DNA of 64,000 nucleotides from Eledone cirrhosa. Its lineage: Eukaryota. This document shows positions 12,772 through 29,625 of this stretch, piece by piece. Made by a program: the position numbers and the translations under genes. The notes under the pieces are model-generated. The model saw only the letters and a list, made by a program, of their open reading frames with translations, had not been told where the DNA came from and did not search any database. The stretch's first letter is position 1. Each line of letters opens with the position of its first letter. Location: contig OZ024742.1 in the NCBI GenBank assembly GCA_964016885.1, positions 282,038,001-282,102,000 of the forward strand. Reading direction: 5' to 3'.

Positions 12772-13186
12772 ATAATTATTTCTGCGTTTGGCACAAGACC
12801 GGCAATTATCCCAGTGCATTACTGATACTTTATTGTATCGACCCGACCCCGTAAGGATGAAAGGTAAAGTTAACCTCGGCGGGATTTGAACTCAGACCAT
12901 AAAGGGCCATAACTCTTTGCTGCAAAGCATGGCGTCCGACCCTCTACCGATACTGCCAATCCACCGCCCTTTAATGGCTTCTTATATAGGCATAAAGCCA
13001 GCAATTTTGGGGGCGGTGAAAGTCAATTAAATCGACTCCAGTACGTTACTGGTGCTTTATTTTAAGACCCTGTAAGGATGAAAGACAAAGTTAAACTCGG
13101 CAGGATTTGAACTCAGAACGTAAAGGGCCATAACTATGCTGCAAAGCATGGTGTCTGACGCTCTACTGATACTGCCAAACCACCAC
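12772..13186 (-). mobile_element. Two tandem copies of the major tRNA-derived SINE
   Basis: Minus strand has box A tggcagtatcgg, box B gagttcaaatcc and the gcctttcatccttacggggtcgataaaataaagtaccag core (Meta-domain-like). Confidence 0.85.
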
Positions 13187-13194
13187 AATAATAA

Positions 13195-13244
<50 letters not shown>

Positions 13245-13878
13245 TTAATGATCCCATTACATCCACTTTGTCTGGAAAGTGGTAAGGTGCGCATGAACTC
13301 AATCTCTCTCTCTCGTCCACACAGAGTTGACATAACTTATATCCAGCCATACCATGAAAGCAAACAATGGGCATGTGTGTGTGTCTGTCTATCTTCGGAC
13401 AACAAAAACAATGGCTATGTATTTAACTGTTTAACTACCGGCATCTGTATCTAACTACATATTTAACTATCTGTCTAATGTGGATTGCTAAGGCACACAA
13501 CATGCCACAGAGAATCAAATCACGATCTTACGATCGTGAACAGAACGCCCTAACCACATGCTCTCAAACATGCCTGCATATAAACAGACAAGTACAGTCT
13601 GTCTCTGTTTCATATCCATCATACATGAGAACAACGACAGCCGTGTCCAGATTTGCCAGTCATCAAATATAAATAAATAAAATCTACTGGAGTCAGAAAA
13701 TATAATAAATCTGTTGGTCTCATAATATGTCATTTATCAAAGAAGGCAAGTAGGGTCACGTGGTGCGCTGGCAACGATCACGCTAAAGTGTTAATTTATT
13801 GTCACAGCAGGGTGTCTATATGTGACCCTTTCTAAACTGACAGAGATATATGGACTTATTGGAGTATACATACATACA

Positions 13879-14463
13879 TGGTGGCTGCCAACTCGTTTTC
13901 GAGTACGGCCACTACTTTATATCCATGTAGGAGAACCCCTACCGATGCGCTGAACGAATGTGACTTTTTAGTCCAGCCAGCGACTTGAAAACTCTGGTAC
14001 AAAGACTACACTTGTGACCATTATTGACACATAGTGCAGGGCCCATGGTACCATGTGATGACAAGTGCAGAGAGATCTCCAGATACAAAGCAATGCCTGT
14101 GCTGTGAAGCTTTTATAGTGAGCAAAGGCACTGCACAAAGCCAGTCCCACTCTCTTAACCAAGATGATATTTACCAAAAAGAAGAACAAGTCAACATCAT
14201 TGGATACCATCAGGGTTGCAGGTGTTATATCAGAGTTTTCCTTCTCCTAGAATTCTGCCTTGACAAAGGCTAAGGGGTCATCTCTCCCGGTGATTTTGGA
14301 TGGCTATTGAGTCTTAAGAGCTCCCTTGCCCTTTGACAGGTTTTGTTTTTAGTCCTGCAGGATGTCCAAAGTCACCCTCCTCACCAAGAAACCTTGGTGG
14401 AGTTGCCAGTTTAGTCGCCAACGACCCGACCATGAGACAGGTTGTACTGGGATACATGTTACC
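13879..14463 (-). mobile_element. Bipartite non-autonomous RTE-like LINE derivative
   Basis: Near-identical inverted copy at 30769-31175. The 3' part encodes a C2H2 remnant (C..CTRVFKSLAGLKSH.RSAHR) typical of RTE-group C-termini; short tandem-repeat tail; no RT domain. Confidence 0.65.
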
Positions 14464-15292
14464 AGTAGCACCAACTGGTGACATACATACTTACACACAT
14501 ATATATAGATATATTCACATATTTTTACTATAACCACATATATATAACAATCATAAACATGTATTTAATATACATATATATATATGTAATATATCAATAT
14601 ATATACTTATATGTATAATATATAGAATGGTTTTCTGTAGAGGAGGGAAAGAAGCTACTGTTAAATAAAGGACTCAATATATTAAGTAGAGATGGTACAT
14701 AATCTATTTCAGATGGAAATCATTTATACAAGACTCGCACTGTTGCATTCAACTGAAATCATCTCATCAGAACCGAATGAAACAGTGCTAATCTTGCAGA
14801 AGTCATTTCAATCTAAAATAAATTACACAAACACACACATAAATAACACGTGAGAACGAAATGTTTGAAGGCTATCTATTGTGGCGGTCGCATTTAGTTT
14901 GTTCACACCAGTTTGAGGCAATAGAACGGACTGCCTGTTGATGAAATGAATCCCGTGTTCGACCTGGAAAACCGCAAGCTTACGTGTTACGTAAGTTGGA
15001 TAGATGATTTCGGTTTCATAGAAACATATTGGACGTATCGCAGAATATCGTCCGATCTGTCCAGGTTTGTTTTTAACCTGATTAGTTCTTTCGTTACTTT
15101 GGTATTGTGTGGTTGGGTTTTACCTACCGAAATTTTCATTTTGTCAAGCTATTTAAACGTATGTTATTACTCTAAGGACCTAACCTTATTGAGTGCTTTG
15201 CTACTCATTCCTTATTGTAGGTCGACTTTGCTTGGCCACAGCCAAAGCTTCGATTTTACTAAGCTTCCACTTGTATATACACATATATATAT

Positions 15293-15787
15293 AGAAATAG
15301 GATTTCGCTTCAAGCATAGCTTTATACAAATATGTATAGAAATTTGGTATTTCTAAAGAAACGCTATGTTTACAGGAAACATTTAGGAAGTCGTAACTAT
15401 GCAAACACCGGGGCTAACGCCCTCAAAAGTGGTGTCCAGCAGAGGCAAGGGGGACAGCCGTCTATGCATTTCAGGCTTGACTGGCCTTCATCAGGACCTA
15501 TTATAAGTTGGGCCAACTTATGCAGCTTCATATGCAAATGAGATTAATCACCTCATTTACACAGACGAGAAAACTATATATTCTCGACTGTTCTCAACTC
15601 CAGCAGTTGCAAGCGGTGGGGGGGGGCGTCCTGATTAAGGCCAGTCAAGCCTGAAATGCATATACGGTTACCCGCCTTGCTTCTGCTGGACACCACCAGA
15701 GGGCGTTAGCCCCGGTGTTTGCATAGCTACACGGCTTCCTAAATGTTTCCTGTAAACATACCGCGTTTCTTTAGAAATACGAAATTA
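15293..15787. mobile_element. Family B (divergent subfamily) fold-back
   Basis: Homologous to 9038-9913. Minus-strand HHR with CTGATGA at ~15453-15498; plus-strand copy mutated (CTGATTA at 15631). Confidence 0.8.
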
Positions 15788-15789
15788 CT

Positions 15790-16304
15790 ATGCCGGTTCA
15801 GCAAACATTAGGTATTAGGATTGGTGCTCTGAAATAGCGATGTATACCTGAATGTATGTATAATATATTTGGCAATATACCGTATGTTTAATTAAAAACA
15901 TTTACAAGACCATATGCTATCAGTTTTCAAATATACTATACATACATTCATGTATACATCGCTATTTCAGAGCACCAATCCTAATATCTAATTTTTGCTG
16001 GACCGGCAATCGCTCTGTATAATCAGCTCCTGATTATTACTGGAATTCTATAAGAATCCAGCTTCTATAATTTTCGGCGGAAGCAGGGGAGTACGTGGCT
16101 CTGATGAACGCCGGCCAGCGTGAAACAAACTGTCAGCTTCTCTCCCTTCTTTCGCCGAAACGAAATAAGTGACACGGTCACTACTATAAAACTGATAGCG
16201 TATGGTCGTCTAAATGTTTTTAATTAAACATACGGTATATTGCCAAATATACTATACATACATACATGTATACATCGCTATTTCAGAGCACCAATCCTAA
16301 TACC
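15790..16304 (+). mobile_element. Family C1 retrozyme-like element (316-bp period, inverted 5' arm)
   Basis: caaatatactatacatac repeats at 15928 and 16244; 15790-15927 is an inverted copy; central HHR. Confidence 0.8.
16097..16138 (+). ncRNA. Type I hammerhead ribozyme (family C1)
   Basis: ggct-CTGATGA-acgc cggcca gcgt-GAAA-ca aac tg-TC-agct (GUC site), enclosed by a longer stem tttcggcggaag..ggggag / ctccc..tttcgccgaaa. Confidence 0.85.
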
Positions 16305-16338
16305 ATATATATATATATACATACACACATACATACGT

Positions 16339-16409
16339 AGTTTCAGGAGATCCCGTTAAGGCTGAAAGAAACGATTCTTTGCTTAAACATTAATCTGTTA
16401 TTTTAATAA

Positions 16410-16410
<1 letters not shown>
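16339..16410 (+). mobile_element. Family E single arm
   Basis: Homologous to 40663-40735. Confidence 0.7.
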
Positions 16411-16500
<90 letters not shown>

Positions 16501-16501
16501 A

Positions 16502-16910
16502 AATGATATTAAATAAATGGAAACTATATTTATAAAACCATATTTATTCTATTATATATATTTCAAGGGTACCAAAACTTTGGTACGCCATCATCAGATA
16601 AAATACAAAGTTTGTTTTATAAATGTTGACATAACCAAGAAAAGATACCTTAAGAAAAACTTGAACCGTTAAGGTATCTTTTCTTGGTTATGTCAACATT
16701 TATAATACACACTTTTTATTTTATCTGATGAGAGCGTACCAAGGTTTTGGTACACTTGAAATATATATAATAGAATAAATATGGTTTTATAAATATAGTT
16801 TCCATTTATTTAATATCATTGAATACTCCAGAAAATCTGTCGAGTGCTCTGAACCAGTTATACACATTTAGATTTGTTAAATTACCAACAACTTGAATAT
16901 CCCCTTTGCT
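16502..16910 (+). mobile_element. Family D fold-back element with tail
   Basis: Arms 16502-16653 and 16669-16820 are inverted; one-sided tail 16821-16910; TA flanks. Confidence 0.85.
16717..16777 (+). ncRNA. Type I hammerhead ribozyme (family D)
   Basis: tattttat-CTGATGA-gag.gtacc..ggtac.ctt-GAAA-tatata-TA-atagaata; helix III palindrome ATATATAT; mirror copy on the minus strand at ~16545-16605. Confidence 0.8.
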
Positions 16911-16915
16911 TATAT

Positions 16916-16968
<53 letters not shown>

Positions 16969-18054
16969 CGGGAAGTTTTATTATATATGAATATTAAATA
17001 TACACGTCTCCATATTTAAACTATTTGAATATTTAACACATACATATATATATTTAATATCTATTTAAATTTACCCTACGTTAGAAACCCCTGCTCTGTC
17101 ATTGGTGTAGGGATCAATATGTGCATTTTATTATGAACCTTCCTCTATGTGAGATTTGATTTGAATCTGATTTCATGGGAAACAATTTCATGTAAAGAAT
17201 GTGTAATCTTATGATTGGGAATTCATATAAATCGTTTTAAAATTAAAATAATAATTTTTCATTTAAATTTCTAAGTTTAATTTTCGAAATTGTCAATTTT
17301 AAAATTGCAAATTATTTTATATAAATAGCCAATATTCAAGATGTAAATTATTTATATGAGTTCTTTCTTCATAAAATGAATCTAAATGCTTATAGCATAT
17401 ATGAACTTTCATAACGGATATCACACTGCTTAATATCGCTGTATGATAAGATTAAATATTTTATTAATTGCCCTGTCAAAATTGATATTGATATTTCCTA
17501 AATGAAAATTTTCTATTTAACAAATTATCCTTTAGAAAATTATAATTTATGTTCATCAGTTATTTTTAATTATTCAATTTCGATTCGTCTCAAATAGAAA
17601 GATAGAAAGGGAGATACGTTCGAATTACGACACGAACAGAAATGCATCATCTCTCGCTCGTATATGAAGCAAATTTTTGAAAAACAGAATTGCTACATTT
17701 ATTACTTCACTATTCACAACATATCATGTGAGAAATACTATGTGAGAAATTGTTTCGATTGGTGGCATTTGAATTCAGAGCTCAGATAGCTGGAACACTT
17801 TTCAAAGCACTTGCTTCTGACAAAGCCGGTTGGAGGGTGTGCGTGATGACTCTCCCGTCACATCTCTTCCAAGGGTGAAGAAGAAGAAGAAGAAGAAGAA
17901 GAAGAAGAAGAAGAAGAAGAAGAAGAAGAAGAAGGGGGGGGGGGGGGGGGGGTTAGAATATGGTTTGAACGAGATTCGTGATTTTAACTGCTGCTTATAG
18001 CAGTCAATCATTTACATAGACGTTCCACCCATTGGTATTGTTTACTTAATTTTC

Positions 18055-18102
<48 letters not shown>

Positions 18103-18123
18103 ATATATATGTATATATTTATG

Positions 18124-18188
<65 letters not shown>

Positions 18189-18622
18189 ACCCTTTAAAAA
18201 CATTAAATTGTGATATCAACAACAAAAATTAGAACACAATATCTACTCGCTACGTGACTCGTAACAAATATATGTCTCTGCTTGTGAATGTTTTACCGAT
18301 TAGACGAGACTTTGGATTCCTAGTTATCTATCTATTTATTTTCATTGAATTAAACTTCACATAAATGTAGTATTTTCTAGTTTAAATTGAATATCTTACA
18401 TAAATTGTGTGTGATGAATGGGCCAACAACACTAGGTAGTTTTCTTTCCAAATATTTATCTTAAATATGTTTTAATATATATAGCAAGTATCAAAATATA
18501 AACATCTGATGATACTCTATGCTATCTACTTAAACTATCTACACTCACATACACACACACACGCACACATCCACACACATATATACATACATACATACAT
18601 ATACACACATATATATATATGT

Positions 18623-18731
<109 letters not shown>

Positions 18732-19882
18732 CATACATACCTTTATACAAATATATATATATAGATCAAGGAAACGCCAAAATAGATACAAAATGTCTTA
18801 GTTTCACGCTTTATGTGGAAAAAGGAGAAGAAAGTTCGACGTGCAGAGTTTTAGCCCTTATTCAGGTGTACAAAATGATTAGACAGGATCACAAAGGATA
18901 GACACAGAAAATAATATATATATATATATGGGGGGGGGGGGGGGGGTGCGCGTGTGTGTTTGTATTTATGTATGTATGTATATGACTGTGTTTGTGTGAT
19001 GTGTGTGTGCGTGCGTGTATGCAGACATGCAGGCATGCAGGATTTATTCTGAGCGCTGGTGATTGAAAAATCTTTCAGGAAATATGTTTGCCCCTAGCTC
19101 AATTCTTCTTCCTACCTTTCTCTGTATCTCTCACTTTCGCCATTGATATATATTTCTATCTAACAAGTCTCTCTGGTTCTTTCCTTTAATCTTTCACTTT
19201 ATTTATATTCTCTCCAGAAATGGTCACTGCCATATGCCATGAACCATTTTAAATGTATCTATAAAACTTTATTTAAGGATAAAAATTTTTCGAATCAGCT
19301 TCCGGTATCGTTAATGGTGTCTTTAAATCACGCTCCATTTCTTAACACCATGGACACTCTCACGTAATTCTCTTTTGCTCACCAGTTTCCTTCTTTCTTT
19401 CTCTTTCAATATTTCACTCTTCTTAACTCTTTCTCTCATTACACTCTCCTTTCCTCCTGCCCACTCTCCCACCGTCACTTTCACTTTTTGTCCAACTCTG
19501 CACTAACAGGTTATAAAAGTTATGTGAACGTTTCAACATTTCAACTAAGACTTTGAAACAAAATGGCGCCAACTTCCGGTGTTATTATCGCTCTTTAAAT
19601 TTTTCACCCGTTTTCGTTCACTCGTCTAAATTTACTTGACCTTTTGTCTCCCTCTTTCACAAACTTCCTCCCACTTTTCTTTTTATCTCTCTCCATCTCC
19701 TGCAAACGACCAGCGAAGAAGAAAGCAAGCAAGAAATTTACGAAAATAAAACTAAAATGGAACCAACTTCCGGTGTTATTACTGAAGTTCATTAAATAGT
19801 AAAGAATCGATTGAGAGCGGGCGGTTAGATAATTCAGATAGGAGAAAATATTGAATATGCATACATACATACATACATACAT

Positions 19883-19949
<67 letters not shown>

Positions 19950-20059
19950 CACACACACATATATATATAATTGAGTGAAATTTAATGCATGTTTTCAGCA
20001 TCAAACGTTACACTTTCAGTGTAAGTCAGCCTTTACATTGCATATATATATATATATAT

Positions 20060-20117
<58 letters not shown>

Positions 20118-20185
20118 TAGGTGGTAAATCGTTTGATTGACTGATTTCTTAAATATTCAACTTCTGTGTTTATGTGTATGCCTAG

Positions 20186-20466
20186 TCGCTGGACATAATG
20201 GTTAAGGTGTTTGGCTCACGATTGTAAGGTCGTGAATTTAATTCCCGGCAGCGTGTTGTGTCATTGGGCAAGACACTTTAAAAAAGGTGTTGAACCTGAA
20301 ATTCAAAAGTCAACATTGTCACACATAGTGTTGGGATAAAACTCGCCGAGAACTACGTTAAGGTAAGAAATGACTGTAATACTCAACCAGTTGTATGTTG
20401 GTTTCATTATCAGTCTGTTCCGTTGATGAAACAACTGGAAAACTCATAGTCAGAGCCGACGGAGAC
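20186..20466 (+). mobile_element. CORE-type tRNA SINE
   Basis: tggacataatggttaaggtgtttgg..gtgttgtgtcattgggcaagacacttta. Confidence 0.6.
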
Positions 20467-20474
20467 CCCACAAT

Positions 20475-20513
<39 letters not shown>

Positions 20514-20520
<7 letters not shown>

Positions 20521-20730
20521 GTGAGGGTTTTTTTAACAAAATGAAAAATAACCGAGGTGTCCTACACGAGTGAAAGTATAAAGAAAAAAAGATGAAATTG
20601 AAAATGCAACTGGAGTCTTATTTTTTTTTAAATATATATATTTATTTGGTTCCAAAGAAACCAAATAAATATATATATTTTTTAAAAAATAAGACTCCAG
20701 TTGCATTTTCGATTTCATCTTTTTTCTTTA
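20514..20730 (-). mobile_element. TA-embedded fold-back element (no HHR retained)
   Basis: Arms ~20579-20650 and ~20660-20730 are inverted; tail 20514-20578 on the left only. Confidence 0.7.
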
Positions 20731-20732
20731 TG

Positions 20733-20789
<57 letters not shown>

Positions 20790-21526
20790 TTGTATGTGTT
20801 TCTATGTATGCATCTATGTGTGTGTATGAGTGTATGTATGTATGTATGTTTTTGTGTATATATATATATATATAAATATATATATAAGTATATATATATA
20901 TGCATGTGTGTGCGCGCGTGTGTGTGTCTGTCTGTCCGTCTGTGTGTGTGTGTGTTAGCCTCTAAAAATATTTTCAGTTTTGCTAACTAGACGCACTACA
21001 AAACTCCACCTAATATCCTATTACCATAAGAACATCAAACATCTCCACCCCACCACCAAGACTAGAATACTTACAACACCATATAAGGACATATTTTCAG
21101 GTCTTTAGTACGAGACCTGCTATTGACATCTGTCGGGTTTACTGGGTTATCATTGTGCTGACCCAACAGCCCCTCAAACCCAACCCCGAAGCTACCCGCC
21201 CTTTGTATACCCGGAGGGTGAAGTTAACAGAACGATTTGACAGTCTTCATAATATAGCAACCTCTACCCATCCCTCATTTGTTCTCCTTCATAAATTGAC
21301 ACACACTGACACACACATAAAGACACACACACACATAGGCACACACACACATAGACACACACACACATACACACACACACACACACATAGAGGCACATAT
21401 ATGCAAGCACACGAACGCACATATATACACATATACTAACATACGTACACACTCACACGCACATAGGAACAAACATATATTCAAACACATTCAGAGGACA
21501 CACGCATACACGCGCTCATACATACA

Positions 21527-21583
<57 letters not shown>

Positions 21584-22327
21584 ACACGCACACGCGCGCT
21601 CATACTCACACACACACATACACACACATACTCATAAATACGCATATTCGGGCTTATACTCACACATACATACACACGCATACTCACACACACGCAGAGA
21701 AACACACACACGCAATACTCACAAATACGCATATCCGTGCTCATATTCACACACACACACACACATACACGCATACTCACACACATGCAGAGACACACAC
21801 ACACACACACGCATACTCACAAATACGCATATTCGTGCTCATATTCACACACACGCACACGCTCGCTCATACTCTCTCACACATACACGCATACCTATAT
21901 ATACAAACACACACTTATATATACATACACGCACAAACCGTCTTTGTTTGTCGTCCTTCAATTTTACGGGTCGCTAAAAGCCACCATATCCATAACCCTT
22001 CACCGTCGCTATCTTCATCATTCTCGAAGGATATGTTTGATAATGGGGTAGGTGTGGTGGGGAGGTCGTGATGGTGATAACGGTAGTAAGGCTAGTGATT
22101 TGGTGGGGGGATGGGGGTGTCGGTGGTGGCGTTGGTGGGGGTGTTGGTGTCATTGGAAAGGGTGATGGTTTTGTTTGTGATGCCTGTAGTGAGACTTCTG
22201 ATGGTGTAGAAGGCAATAGAGGTTTTGGTGGTGATGATGAAAATGGGGATGTGTGTGGTAGTAAAGGTAGGGATTGTGCTTGTGATTTCGATGATGAAGG
22301 TGAAGTTAGTGTTGATGATGGGAATAA

Positions 22328-22470
22328 TAATTGTTTCTACTGTTGGCACAAGGCCAGCAATTATCCCAGTGTATTTCTGGTACTTTATTTTATCGACCCT
22401 CGTAAGGATGAAAGGCAAAGTTAACCTCGGCATGATTTGAAATCAGAACATAAAGGGCCGTAACTCTTTG
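22328..22470 (-). mobile_element. Major SINE, 5'-truncated
   Basis: Same core and 3' end as other copies. Confidence 0.8.
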
Positions 22471-23303
22471 CGAATAATAATGGTGATGATGTTGGTTGTG
22501 ACGTTAGTGGCAGTAAAAGTGTTGCTGATTATGATGGTGTTGATATTACTTTTAGCACAGATGTTAGTGTTGTTGTTGGTTGGGGGTGTGGTGATGGTGA
22601 TGGGGGGTTGAGGTAGAGATGGAGAGTGGATATGTCGGGGGTATAGGTGATGGTGGAAGTAGAGGTGATGCTATGATGGCATTGTTAGAGGTGTAGGTGC
22701 TAACGATGGTATTGGTGTTGTTGCTGGTAATGGTGTAGGTAGTGGTGTGTTGGTGGTATAAGTAGTGGTAGTATTGGCTATGAAAATTGTGAGAGAGATA
22801 TGATATTAGTTGTAGTGAAGATCATGCTGGTTGTGGTAGTTGTGCTGGTGTTATGATGACGGGTATGATGTTGGTGGTAAAGGAGGAAGTAATGGTGGTG
22901 CTCTTAGTAATATTCATTGCGTAGTGTTAACGATATGAGGCGGTAAGTTGGCAGATTCGTTAGAACATCCAATACGTTGCATTGGGGTATTTGTTCTGGG
23001 TGTCTGCGCTTTGAGTTTAAATCCCACCGTGGTGAACTTTGAAATAGATATGTAGTTGTGGTGGCAAGAGAGAGCTTAGTAGTGATGGGGTGACAGTGGA
23101 AAGCAGAGATGCCTCATCCCATGGCATCGACATGCATATTTGATATAATATGGGAAATTTAACACCGGTTGATATCTGAACAGCAACTCACACACACATG
23201 CACACGCGCGCAGACGCATGTGTGTATGCACACACTTAAATAAATGCATTTATGTATGCGTATGTATTCATGATCATATAAGCGAGCGTGCGCATATACA
23301 CAC

Positions 23304-23343
<40 letters not shown>

Positions 23344-23922
23344 ACATATAAACACAAATATATAAGCGTGCACATATACATATATTTGTATATATATGCA
23401 TGAATGTATGTATAAATGTATGTATGTATGTACGTATGTATACATACATACACAATATTAAAGAAGATACCGGTGTAAGCACGATTGCGATGTATTTGTG
23501 AGCAGAGAATGAATAAACTCACAAACGGTAAGGAGTGGAAGGAAGCACGTAAGCACGTATATATCGCTTGGCGAACGATCGCATTGCCATTGTGTTTGCA
23601 CACGTTTTCTTTCTGGAAACAGGTTTTTATAAATGTTTATCTACATTATAATTTAACTCTTAAATATCCTTATCTTCACTTGTCTTTCGAGTTTCACAGA
23701 CATTTAGCTGAAACCTGTAAAGGGAGTAAAGCAGTAATTCGTAAGCTATTTAGCAATAGTTGGACAGCTCACGTCAAGCAAGGTCCATCAAGACAAGATA
23801 TTAGGTATCAAGTCAATGTTTGCTACGACGAGAATTAACCCACACACACAAGAATGACTGTTCGTTGAATTAATACGGTTTATACAAAATGACTTAACTC
23901 TTAATTAGGTTAAACGATATCG

Positions 23923-24017
<95 letters not shown>

Positions 24018-24029
24018 CTGTATATATAC

Positions 24030-24062
<33 letters not shown>

Positions 24063-24123
24063 TTGATATATATTTACCCTTATCGAGCCCTCTTTGGATT
24101 TTAATCTTCAAATCTATTATTAT

Positions 24124-24185
<62 letters not shown>

Positions 24186-24189
<4 letters not shown>

Positions 24190-24695
24190 TGAGATGAGCA
24201 GAACAAACAAACATTAAAAAATTCCTTAAAAAAATTTAAAAAATTATTTAAATATTTACCTGTTCATTATGCTATTACCGGCGGTTTTGCTTTTCAAAAG
24301 ATTAAAAATTCAGAGAATTTCTAACGGACAAGTAAAGTTCATCAGATAGCTATTTCCACTCTATAGGATCAAGTCCCAGGGTCTGCAAATAGATTGCCAA
24401 CTACCAGCTCGTATGAGTTATGGCCGTTAAAGTGACCCACACGTGAACTGGCCGCTAATAAAAGCGGGAATATTACAGACGCGCTGCTGGCTTTGGTGCT
24501 ATAAAAATAGCAGTAAGCAACAACGAATTTTTTTCTCTACATAGATTGGAGAATGTATAAAATAAGGTAAATATCTCTCTGGGTACTAAGTACGCATAGA
24601 GATATATAGGGTGTCTATAATATTGTTCGATGGTACTAATTTGAGATACCAGAACTATAAAAATTGAGATGAGCAGAACAAACAAATATTAAATA
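24186..24695 (-). mobile_element. Family L: 475-bp monomer with terminal direct repeat and degenerate HHR
   Basis: aaattgagatgagcagaacaaacaaa at 24186 and 24661. Minus strand 24350-24271 reads gctat-CTGATGA-acttt...aaagc-AAAA(G12A)-ccgccgg-TA-atagc. TA flanks. Confidence 0.7.
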
Positions 24696-24727
24696 ATATA
24701 TATATATATATATATACTGTATATATA

Positions 24728-24827
<100 letters not shown>

Positions 24828-24881
24828 TACATACAGTGTGTGTATATATATATATATATATAATATAAACTGTATATATAC

Positions 24882-27488
<2,607 letters not shown>

Positions 27489-27652
27489 TTGATATAAACA
27501 TAGGGGTGGTAGAACAAGAGGGGGGTGCAAGGGCGGGGGGGATGCACCCCTCCTCTCCCCATGAATATATTTTCTCCCCAAACTACCAAAATACACATCT
27601 ATTTGTATATGTGCTACAATTTATGAAAATGTTATATTTATCGTGATATTCG

Positions 27653-27832
27653 ATAATTGTTTCTAATTTTGGCACAAGGGCCAGCAATTATCCAGTGTAT
27701 TACTGGTACTTTATTTTATCGACCCTGTAAGGATGAAAAGGCAACGTTAACCTCGGCGGGATTTGAACTCAGATCGTAAAGGGACGTAACTACGCTGGAA
27801 AGCATGTCTGACCCTCTACCAATACTGCCAAT
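27653..27832 (-). mobile_element. Major SINE
   Basis: Box B and core present. Confidence 0.8.
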
Positions 27833-28855
27833 TCACTTGTAATAACAGCTAAACTAATCACTACAACTAAATTGACCAAATTTGCAGCCCCCACCCATAA
27901 TTCCCACCTGCTTCCGCCGCCCCTGATACAGTATATATTTATAGTAGATTGACGCTTATGAACACAGTCGGTAGAATCTTTCTTTATCTAAGTAAGATAT
28001 TTTATGACTGACAGTGCAAAACGAATCAACATGTAGTCGGTGATTTGGGAAGAATAATCAAATATACCACATAAAGAAATATGAAATATTTAGCATAACT
28101 TACCGTATATTTATATGTTTAGATGCATATTTACGCGCGCGTGTATGTGTGTGTTTGTGTGTGTGTATGTGTATGTGTGTGTGGAGGGGAGGCGAGTACG
28201 TGTGAGTGCATGTATCAGTTGCGACGAGTGAATGCTCCATTTGTTTGATCACCAAAACAGACTAAACATTGAATTACAATTTAGATGGCAGTATATTAAT
28301 AAGCCACCTTTGTTGCTTAACATAAACGAAATAGTTGTAATAGTACATTTCACTGTAAATATAATCTCGTAGCTGGAATGGCTCTTCAGGCTTCTCCCTT
28401 ATCATCCTACGGGGAAATGTTTCTTCTATTCTTGGAACAGCCTGTGGTGGGCCTCCATTTGTTCATAATAGTGAGAGATGGGGAAAGGTGGAGAGACAGA
28501 GGCAGTGACAGTGGGAGTTTGGTTCCTTTGTGTTCGGACCTGGTGTATACATACACTCAAACATAAAATTGTTACTACATGCATTGTGCGTATGATGGGT
28601 GTAAAATATTACAGACGGAGGTATACATAAATACATATACACATACAAATATACAAACACAGAACAAAAGAAACATATACATATTTAATTACATATATAG
28701 CAGACATACGTATACAAGATATTATACAAAAAAATATTTGATATAGTGAATTTGGTAACGCATGGATGCTACATATTTGTCGACTTTGTTTCTGTAAATA
28801 ATCCACTCTAGCCTGTACAATTAATTGATAAAAAACGTTTTCCACTCTCATCTAT

Positions 28856-29393
<538 letters not shown>

Positions 29394-29395
<2 letters not shown>

Positions 29396-29586
29396 GGAAA
29401 AAGTATGACCCCGATGGCAGAGCTCAAGCCGTTTCGACGGCTATTTCTGGACTGCTATTTCCAGAAATACCCGTCGAAACGGCTCGAGCTCTGCCGTCGG
29501 GGTCATACTTTTTCCTATTACCCACTCTAAGTATTGAGTACTCTGGTGCGTTATGGTCCATCTGGTTCCTTACCACAATTCCTTCG

Positions 29587-29588
<2 letters not shown>
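29394..29588 (+). mobile_element. Family A (subfamily 2) fold-back with tail
   Basis: ggaaaaagtatgacccc..gtttcgacggctatttctgga / tccagaaata.ccgtcgaaacggc..gccgtcggggtcatactttttcc plus the shared tail. Confidence 0.8.

Positions 29589-29625
<37 letters not shown>

Noticed and set aside
18505-18540. CTGATGA box as a hammerhead
   Set aside because: No downstream GAAA or helix pairing.
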